64,000 nt of DNA from a virus: positions 54,720 to 118,719 of the IMG/VR virus record IMGVR_UViG_3300010354_000051. One strand, written 5' to 3'. Positions 39,167-45,908 of this stretch are shown one piece after another. A model generated the notes under the pieces. It was not told the origin of the DNA. It saw only the letters and a list, made by a program, of their open reading frames with translations, and ran no database searches. Position 1 is the first letter of the stretch. Each line of letters opens with the position of its first letter. The position numbers and the translations under genes are program-made.

Positions 39167-39880
39167 ATGGCGACTGATCCTCGTTACATGTCGTTCGACC
39201 ACCAGTATGTAGAGACCGTAACCGTCTCTGATGCTACCGCTCTACTTAATGGTGTAGAACGATGCCGGTTTGTTAAGAGAACTGGCGCTTACCCTGTTGC
39301 CGGTGGCTATGCCGCTGGCGTGAACATCTACCGTATTTACGGTCAAGGTGAACTGACTGACAAAGGCTATCAGGTTGTCGAATCTGATATGACCGCTCTT
39401 ACTGGTACTCTGTCTATCAGCACCGCTGGTGTTGTGACCGGAGCCGGTACTAATTTCGATCCGCAAATGCCTGTCGGCACTACGATCAAAATTGGTGCGA
39501 ATCTTTACCGGGTTATGAGTGTAGCTAGCGACACTAGCGCTACCGTATCTCCCGCCCCTGCTACTTCCATTTCCGGCGCTACTGCCTATATCTGGCCTGG
39601 TACTTGGGATGGTAAGTTTAACCCCAGCACTACCCCTAACAAGCCTGGCGTATTCCCGTACCAGGGCCTGATGAGTGTGGTAACGACTGGTATTGCCATT
39701 GTCGAAGTAGATTCAGCTTCTACTTTCGCTGTAGACGACGCTGTTTATTCCACCACTTCCGGTACTGCTTCTAGCACTGCTGGCTCGGGTGTAGTGATGG
39801 GTCGCTGCTTGGATGTAATCAGCGCTGCTGGTGCTGGTCAATACATTCGGGTGAAGCTCGGCAACGAGACTGGCGCCTGA
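39167..39880 (+). CDS. Capsid cement/decoration protein (DUF2190-like) with inserted domain
   Basis: VVTTGIAIVEV...AVDDAVYSTTSGTA...MGRCLD...AGQYIRVKLG; lies between the protease and major capsid genes. Confidence 0.65.
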   Translation: MATDPRYMSFDHQYVETVTVSDATALLNGVERCRFVKRTGAYPVAGGYAAGVNIYRIYGQGELTDKGYQVVESDMTALTGTLSISTAGVVTGAGTNFDPQMPVGTTIKIGANLYRVMSVASDTSATVSPAPATSISGATAYIWPGTWDGKFNPSTTPNKPGVFPYQGLMSVVTTGIAIVEVDSASTFAVDDAVYSTTSGTASSTAGSGVVMGRCLDVISAAGAGQYIRVKLGNETGA

Positions 39881-39911
39881 ATCTAATTCTTTTCACTAAG
39901 GGAAAATCATC

Positions 39912-41813
39912 ATGATGAATCTTGATCAGGTAAGGGTAATTGACCCCATCCTAACTCAGCTAGCACAAGGTTAATTGTAGCCGTGCCAAAAAGAAATTTT
40001 TGGTATTATAAAGGGGTGAATTGCTGGAAAGCCTAAATCTCTTTGGTTATGGAAACTGTGTATGAGCAATTTATCGAGCATTGTCGCTTGATAGAAGAAA
40101 CAGATAAAGTGTCTGGGGTCTATATGGAAAAACACCACATTTTGCCCAGACATTCTGGAGGAACAAATGAAAAACAAAACCTCATTTATCTCACCAGAAA
40201 AAATCACATTCTAGCTCATTACTACAGATGGATAGCTTACAACTCTAAACCTGACAGGTTAGCTTACCTTTTTATGAGGGGAGACATAACTGGAGAGGCT
40301 AAGAGAGAAGCTAGTAAACTCGCACAAAAAACCTGGACATTTGAAAAAAGGTCTGCATGCTCTAAAAAAGCCTATCAGACTATGCTTAAAAGAAAATCGG
40401 GGATTGCTGCTAGGGGAGAAACTTGGAGACAAAATGTCTCAAAAGCCTCTAAGAAAAACATCCTCCAAAACAGAAAGAGCAGATTTACGAATAAAACAGT
40501 TAGTCTGCAAAACTGTTCTTTTAGGTTTAAACATGGATCCAGGGTCCTTTTTATAAATCAAAAGGACTTTTCTGACTTTTCAGAAACTAGCAAATACCTG
40601 TGTGTTTTGTTGGGAATAAAAGTTAAGAAAAGTGAGCACTTAAAGTTTATAAGACTAGTGCGCGGCGAAAGAAAAGTATTCCATGGCATCAAAGTAGACA
40701 TGGTGATCAGCAGCCAAGCCGAGAATGGGCAAAGTTTTCTCGGAAGGTTCAGAGACTAGGAGAATGAGTCCCAACAATAATTTCTCCCACGAGTGCCCCT
40801 CAGCCTCAAGGCTGAAGATATAGTCCGAACTTACAGGAAACTGTAAGAAGTAGAAGATAAAGAGCTTCTACGATAACATTCTGTACAAGAACGCTGACGG
40901 TGTAGCTACCTTCTTCGCTCCTTCCGTTTCCATGAACGTTAGAGCGGGTAGAACTTTGGTATTCGGTAAGGAGGCTTTTGCCGCTCAGAACTTCCTACGT
41001 TCTCCCGGCACTAACATCCAGAAGATCCAGAACCAATTCGGCACTCGGAGCTTCGCTCTTCGTCAAGAAGCCATTAGCTGGGAAATTGCCGAAGAAGTAG
41101 CCGCTGAGGCTAAGAATGGTGCTGCGGCTATCGACCTTCGCGCCTATGCCGCCAAGGACGCCGCTAACCGTCTAATGCAGTCTTGGGAAATCCAAGTAGC
41201 TGCTAAAGTCCAAGACATTACTCAGTACGAGACCGGTAACGTACTCGATCTGGCCACTTACAACGGTGGTGCTGATCAGTTCAACAACCCGACCTCTGAT
41301 GTGGAAGTCCTAATGGACGCCATGAGAGAGCAAATTCGTAGCCAGATTGGTTGCTATCCCAACAAGCTCGTTCTCTCTCCCGAAGCCTTTAACGCCCTCA
41401 AGCGTAACAAGCGTATTCGTGACTTCATGCAGCGCGGTATTCTTGTCAACGAGAAGACTCTGGCCGAGATCTTTGGTCTTGACGAAATCCGCGTCGCCCG
41501 TCGTCTGAAGCTGAACCAGAACACTGGTGAACTCGAGAATATCTACAGCAATGTCGCTATTCTGTTCTACCATCCTTCCAGCTCAACTGACGGTTTCACC
41601 CCCGCCCTCGATGCGAACTATGGTAATCCGGCCTTTGGGTATACCTATACCCTGTCCGGCTATCCTATCGCTACTCCCGAGCGCTTTAACGTCGAGCGTC
41701 GCACCTTCACTGGTGACATTCTTGTCGAGCGTTCATTCGAGCTTGTTGGCATGGGCGAAACTGGCCGTTGCGGTGCCGGTGCTGTCTTCCTCAACCCCGT
41801 AGGCACTTACTGA
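39912..41813 (+). CDS. Major capsid protein (Mu-like/HK97 fold), spliced: join(39912..39971,40884..41813), 329 aa
   Basis: Exon 1 MMNLDQVRVIDPILTQLAQG joins in frame to exon 2 YKNADGVATFFAPSVSMNVRAGRTLVFGKEAF, restoring the capsid N-terminal motif DPxLTxxAxGYxN. Confidence 0.9.
39972..40883 (+). mobile_element. Group I self-splicing intron (IA-like, P7.1 extension), 912 nt
   Basis: 5' exon ends in U and intron ends in G; P AATTGCTGGAAA 40019, Q GATCAGCAGCC 40705, R GTTCAGAGACTA 40747, S AAGATATAGTCC 40815; P1, P7, P8, P9 and P10 pairings are visible. Confidence 0.93.
40049..40759 (+). CDS. Intron-encoded HNH homing endonuclease
   Basis: EKHHILPRHSGGTNEKQNLIYLTRKNHILAHYYRW; lies inside the intron. 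Confidence 0.85.
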   Translation: METVYEQFIEHCRLIEETDKVSGVYMEKHHILPRHSGGTNEKQNLIYLTRKNHILAHYYRWIAYNSKPDRLAYLFMRGDITGEAKREASKLAQKTWTFEKRSACSKKAYQTMLKRKSGIAARGETWRQNVSKASKKNILQNRKSRFTNKTVSLQNCSFRFKHGSRVLFINQKDFSDFSETSKYLCVLLGIKVKKSEHLKFIRLVRGERKVFHGIKVDMVISSQAENGQSFLGRFRD

Positions 41814-41840
41814 GCCTAGCCCCTAACAAGAGCTAATTAC

Positions 41841-41866
41841 GCCCGCCCTAATAGGCGGGCTTTTTT
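41841..41866 (+). terminator. Rho-independent terminator after the major capsid gene
   Basis: gcccgcc-ctaata-ggcgggc followed by T6. Confidence 0.85.
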
Positions 41867-41875
41867 GTTGAAAGC
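41867..41875 (+). promoter_or_regulatory. Putative late promoter motif GTTGAAAGC
   Basis: Immediately after the capsid terminator, upstream of ATG 41900. Confidence 0.65.
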
Positions 41876-41899
41876 AGCTTAGAGATCTATTTAATAGAT

Positions 41900-42691
41900 A
41901 TGCCACTTTACACTCCACCTCCAGACTCTTTCGGAGTAGCTAACAACTGTACCCCGGCTACAGTTGACTACTTTATAGAGGTGTTCGGGTTTAATGAGGC
42001 TCTTGAGCTATCCAGATTAGAAGACCCGACTGCAAACACAATAAACTATAACAGAATTCAAACAGCGTTAAATGATTCTGCCGTACTGATTAATAACTAT
42101 ATCGAAACTGCTCCGCCCCAGGGGAAACTGCTAATCGCAGGGTCTTACAGAAGGACTCAGGCAACTATTGCCAGATGGTATCTAGACACACTGCGGCCTA
42201 GAGAACAAGTCATATACGCTTACGAAACCGCCCTAAAACAGCTCGAATTATGGTCTAGTAAAGCGTCTCCTTCAGCCGGATTGAAATGGCAAGAGGCTTA
42301 TCGGTACTGGACTGGTGGTTGCTCTATGGTAATGACCAATACCCAGAGAGACCGATCATTCACTGATACATCACTAGCGAGGTGGGAGATGAGATGGGGT
42401 ACTAACAACAGATGGAACCCGTACAAGAGAAAAGACGCTGTGGTTATTGATAATGTAGCTAGTAGACAACCTAGCGGATCTATTGACAGAAAAAATGTCA
42501 CGCTGATTGGTGATTCGACCCTGGCTGTAAACAGACTATTTGACGAATTGGAGACAACCAGGGACCTGGCCTCGTTCTCCGATACTCAAGACGCTGCTAC
42601 ACCGGTCGAAGGAGATGTCCTGATTGTTAAGGACACAGATGGCAACATAACCACTTATGACGGTGGTCTACAAGAATCGGACACTTTCTAA
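41900..42691 (+). CDS. Head-tail joining protein, Mu gp36-like (DUF1320)
   Basis: IQTALNDSAVLINNYI...IARWYLD...YETALKQLE. Confidence 0.65.
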   Translation: MPLYTPPPDSFGVANNCTPATVDYFIEVFGFNEALELSRLEDPTANTINYNRIQTALNDSAVLINNYIETAPPQGKLLIAGSYRRTQATIARWYLDTLRPREQVIYAYETALKQLELWSSKASPSAGLKWQEAYRYWTGGCSMVMTNTQRDRSFTDTSLARWEMRWGTNNRWNPYKRKDAVVIDNVASRQPSGSIDRKNVTLIGDSTLAVNRLFDELETTRDLASFSDTQDAATPVEGDVLIVKDTDGNITTYDGGLQESDTF

Positions 42692-42692
42692 C

Positions 42693-43043
42693 ATGTCACT
42701 TAACCAGCCCTACGGTTACGACCCGTTCAACCCAGCCCAGCCTGGCGGTGCCGGACTGCTAACCATACTACCAAACTCCTCCGGAAGCGCTTGCAGTTAC
42801 AACTCTTCCGGACTGCAAGGACTTAACCATTCCTCATTCGGGGTGTTTCCCGACTCGACTCCTTACAAGCAGTCGGCTAGCGAGCTGCGTCAGTATATTA
42901 TCGCACTGGAAGGGACTAGAAAGCTTAGGGATCTGTCCGATGTAAACTTTACCCGGTCTCCACAACCTGACGACCTGCTAGCGTATAACTACACCACAGG
43001 GTATTGGGAACTGGTAGATTTTATTTCAGGGGGAGAGTTTTAA
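42693..43043 (+). CDS. Small virion protein
   Basis: LRDLSDVNFTRSPQPDDLLAYNYTTGYWE motif typical of phage fibre and structural repeats. Confidence 0.55.
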   Translation: MSLNQPYGYDPFNPAQPGGAGLLTILPNSSGSACSYNSSGLQGLNHSSFGVFPDSTPYKQSASELRQYIIALEGTRKLRDLSDVNFTRSPQPDDLLAYNYTTGYWELVDFISGGEF

Positions 43044-43439
43044 TTCTTCCCATTTGCCTCCGTCAGTCGAATAATAAACTCTTTTCACACCCGATTCGGA
43101 TATGGCCAGTTGGCATGCCGGGCAGGGCTTAGACAAGCACAACTTATTTGCCTTGTTGACTCGACCAACAATCAACGTGTCGGCCCTTACTCGAGATTTA
43201 ATCAAGGCCCTGATCTCGGCATGAAGAGAGACTCGGTAAGGTTGTCCGACTCTGGCCGCAAAATTAGATTGGATAGGATGTGTCTTACCCTCTAGGTTAG
43301 TAGTACTGACTACTACTCTACCTTTCTTTAGCAATACGCATCCTACTCTCCGAGCAGAGGGTGAGGACATTGCCAACACCCTTACCTGCTCGGACATTTT
43401 GTCAGCTACGAGCTGAACTTTTTCGCTTCGATCAGACAC
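43026..43439 (-). CDS. Cytidine/dCMP deaminase family protein
   Basis: VGCVL, HAE and PCxxC (LHAEIRAL...SKPCPACQ) zinc-binding motifs. Confidence 0.85.
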   Translation of the reverse strand: MSDRSEKVQLVADKMSEQVRVLAMSSPSARRVGCVLLKKGRVVVSTTNLEGKTHPIQSNFAARVGQPYRVSLHAEIRALIKSRVRADTLIVGRVNKANKLCLSKPCPACQLAISESGVKRVYYSTDGGKWEELKLSP

Positions 43440-43636
43440 AAATTACCCCAGCTAAGAATGTCCTGTTGACGGAAGTATTTTGAGACCGGGACTAGCTTCT
43501 GAAAGACGCATTCGTCTGTCTCAATATCCACCATTTTTAACACTCCGACAACATCGGACTCTTTCTCGACAAAGCAGCGCCACTTTTCATCTAAAGTGTT
43601 TTCCCAAAAGGTGGTCATGATTTTCTCCCTTGCCAA
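43406..43636 (-). CDS. Hypothetical protein
   Basis: Short ORF; ATG probably at 43618. Confidence 0.5.
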   Translation of the reverse strand: MAREKIMTTFWENTLDEKWRCFVEKESDVVGVLKMVDIETDECVFQKLVPVSKYFRQQDILSWGNLCLIEAKKFSS

Positions 43637-43653
43637 TATTTTAACAAAAAACC

Positions 43654-43662
43654 GTTGAAAGC
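43654..43662 (+). promoter_or_regulatory. Putative late promoter motif GTTGAAAGC
   Basis: Upstream of ATG 43683. Confidence 0.65.
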
Positions 43663-43682
43663 TCGAAAGAGAACGAATATCA

Positions 43683-44627
43683 ATGCTCCTGGAGATTGAA
43701 AATCAGCTTCATAAACGGGTTCATACCGCGCTGGGGCAAAGCGCGGTCGTGCTCCGTCTCGCTGAGGAAATAGACAAATCCGGAAGAGTAGCCGAACAGG
43801 CAATGATAATTGTTTCTTTTGTCGGATCGAATACAGACAACCCAAACAAAGGTGCGTATATCCCGACAGTCAGAAAGCGGACAATAAACTATTCTCTGAC
43901 CCTGGTTTACAAGCAGGCGCAGCGAGAAGGGCACTCGTTCTGTTTACCCATCCTTGACCTTCTAGCGGATACGGTCACTGGCTGGGTGCCTGAAGTACCA
44001 GGGTTAGAGTTTCAAACCGGTTTTGAACTCGGTCCGGAAAAATTTGTCCAGGTTACCAAGGAGTCATCACAATTCATCTACGAGCAGCAGTACAGCATAG
44101 AAGTTCTTTTAGCAGATGGCAGATTCTACTCTCAACCCTGCGCTGCATTCGACCCCATTAAGGTGGAGGATTTCCTGCCTAAGAGAAAGTGCCTGGTCAC
44201 CCCGGAAAATAGGCAGACCGGATTAGCGGTTTGGAGGAGGTTGATTGGGGAGGGGCAGACAGAGACTTATGTAGTTGAGGATGAGAGATGTGGCAGGAAT
44301 GTAGGAGATAACCTCTCCGTATCCTGCACTAATCCGGGAGATGGCACGGCCAGCTACGTGTTTATTCCGATCACTGCTATAAGAGTTGACGGAACTGTAG
44401 ACACGACCAAGACTATTTCCGGCACGCTGAGCAATGTGTGGAAATGCACCAAAGCCGGAGCACTGGACGGAGGTGAAATACCCCCCTGGTTTAAACTGAA
44501 CATCGACATGGGGCTTTGGAGAAATTCAGTGGGGACCGTGCCCAATACTCTTCCAGGAACTAGCAGCCACCAACCTGTTGAAATTAACTTAGAAAGAAGC
44601 TATAATACTGAGAAGTCAAGCCCCTGA
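43683..44627 (+). CDS. Tail completion protein, Mu gp37-like, with C-terminal extension
   Basis: MLLEIENQLHKRV...IIVSFVGS...YSLTLVYK...ILDLLADTVTGW; late motif at 43654. Confidence 0.55.
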   Translation: MLLEIENQLHKRVHTALGQSAVVLRLAEEIDKSGRVAEQAMIIVSFVGSNTDNPNKGAYIPTVRKRTINYSLTLVYKQAQREGHSFCLPILDLLADTVTGWVPEVPGLEFQTGFELGPEKFVQVTKESSQFIYEQQYSIEVLLADGRFYSQPCAAFDPIKVEDFLPKRKCLVTPENRQTGLAVWRRLIGEGQTETYVVEDERCGRNVGDNLSVSCTNPGDGTASYVFIPITAIRVDGTVDTTKTISGTLSNVWKCTKAGALDGGEIPPWFKLNIDMGLWRNSVGTVPNTLPGTSSHQPVEINLERSYNTEKSSP

Positions 44628-44653
44628 CTTTTCAGATTGCCCGCCCCCTACTT

Positions 44654-45070
44654 ATGGAATCCGCTTTTGTAGACGCTCTAACAGCGCAAGTTAATCTGTC
44701 CAGTTCGGCTCAACTAGCCCACTGGAACTGTGAAGGTGAACAGTTTTTCCACTTTCATCTCCTGTTCGAACGAGTTTATGAAACCGCCAGCGCAAAAATT
44801 GATACGCTGGCTGAGCAAGCCAGAGGGCAAGGAGTTGAAATCCCTGCCAAAATCTTCGGCTCGGTAGCTGAGATTGAGTGGGAGACTCTACCCGGTCTGG
44901 CCAAAGAGATCGAGAACCTTGTAGACGAACTAAGCAGCGCTCTTGACTCTTTGCACGAGCAGTGTGATAAAAAGTCTCATTACGGTACTCTGAATGTGAT
45001 CGAGGACATTATGTCCGACTGCAACACTTTGAAGTATCTGCTCGGTTCGGTTAACAAAGAGTTCGACTGA
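44654..45070 (+). CDS. Dps/ferritin-like protein
   Basis: AQLAHWNCEGEQFFHFHLLFERVYE...IDTLAEQARG (Dps ferroxidase H-W-N...H...D..AE pattern). Confidence 0.8.
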   Translation: MESAFVDALTAQVNLSSSAQLAHWNCEGEQFFHFHLLFERVYETASAKIDTLAEQARGQGVEIPAKIFGSVAEIEWETLPGLAKEIENLVDELSSALDSLHEQCDKKSHYGTLNVIEDIMSDCNTLKYLLGSVNKEFD

Positions 45071-45092
45071 AAACCCCTCTGGTTAGAGGGGT
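45070..45092. terminator. Hairpin terminator between convergent genes
   Basis: acccctct-ggtt-agaggggt with a T tract on the minus strand. Confidence 0.65.
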
Positions 45093-45110
45093 AGACGTTA
45101 GTGCGGGAGT

Positions 45111-45479
45111 TTACAACCGGCTGTAGCAAACATCTGCTGTACCGGACCGCAACGGGGCGATCACTGAGAAAGCCCTCGGAGACAGGTCAAGTATTCTCCC
45201 CCCTACAAACGGACCTCGGTCATTAACCCGGACCGTAACTTCACGACCGTTTGACATGTTCCGAATTGCAATTCGGGTGCCGAACGGTAGTGAGGGGTGA
45301 GCAGTTGCCAATTCCCCAGGGTTCATCCTTTCGCCAGAGGCAGTTCTTTGCCAGGCATACCCGTCTTCACTCGTGCCGTAGTAGCTTGCTTTGCCGCAAG
45401 CTGCCATGGCAGATGGAGCAGAGACGAGTCCGGTAAACCCTAGAGCGGCTACAAGAGCGGTTGAAAAAGAATGTCGCAT
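45111..45479 (-). CDS. rlpA: RlpA-family (DPBB) lytic transglycosylase with signal peptide
   Basis: GKASYYG, TASGERMNP..LATAHPSLPFGT, VRVNDRGPFVGGRILDLS; start probably ATG 45479 (MRHSFSTALVAALG). Confidence 0.9.
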   Translation of the reverse strand: MRHSFSTALVAALGFTGLVSAPSAMAACGKASYYGTSEDGYAWQRTASGERMNPGELATAHPSLPFGTRIAIRNMSNGREVTVRVNDRGPFVGGRILDLSPRAFSVIAPLRSGTADVCYSRL

Positions 45480-45499
45480 GATAACGTTGCAGAGGACAG

Positions 45500-45637
45500 C
45501 AACAAGAACTCGGTAGCCGGGTAGGAATGATAACTCAGTTCCCATTACCCCGGCTAGGCTCTTGTTGTGACGGGCGGCGAGAACGACTTGTCGAAAAAGC
45601 CGACCGGTTAAGGAGAGTTAGGAGGTGATCTCTCCCC
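45500..45637 (-). ncRNA. Putative small structured RNA or leader with an anti-Shine-Dalgarno loop
   Basis: Hairpin ggagag/ctctcc with loop AUCACCUCCUAA, plus a long interrupted hairpin at 45500-45567. Confidence 0.4.
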
Positions 45638-45647
45638 GACAGAACAC

Positions 45648-45908
45648 TTAGGGGAACATTTCATTGAAAAAAGTTTCGGACATCCTGCACAGCAGCAAAA
45701 CAATCTCTTCTTGAGACAATTCGCCCCTCTCAGTAAGGATCTCTTTGGCTAAGAGAAAAGGAGAAGCTGACTCTGAGTCGGGATCGAAGTCGTGATAGGA
45801 CAAAAAGGCAGAAAAGAGGTCAGTCTCCCCTTTCTCTTCCGCCCAGGCAAGAACTTCCCGGTACTCCTCCCCTTCACGTAGGGCTTCCGTGATTCTGGAT
45901 AGTTCCAT
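45648..45908 (-). CDS. Hypothetical acidic protein
   Basis: 86-aa ORF coupled to the polymerase gene. Confidence 0.55.
   Translation of the reverse strand: MELSRITEALREGEEYREVLAWAEEKGETDLFSAFLSYHDFDPDSESASPFLLAKEILTERGELSQEEIVLLLCRMSETFFNEMFP

Noticed and set aside
40932-41813. Stand-alone 293-aa capsid gene as given by the ORF track
   Set aside because: The frame is open upstream to 40884, and the conserved N-terminus lies in exon 1 across the intron
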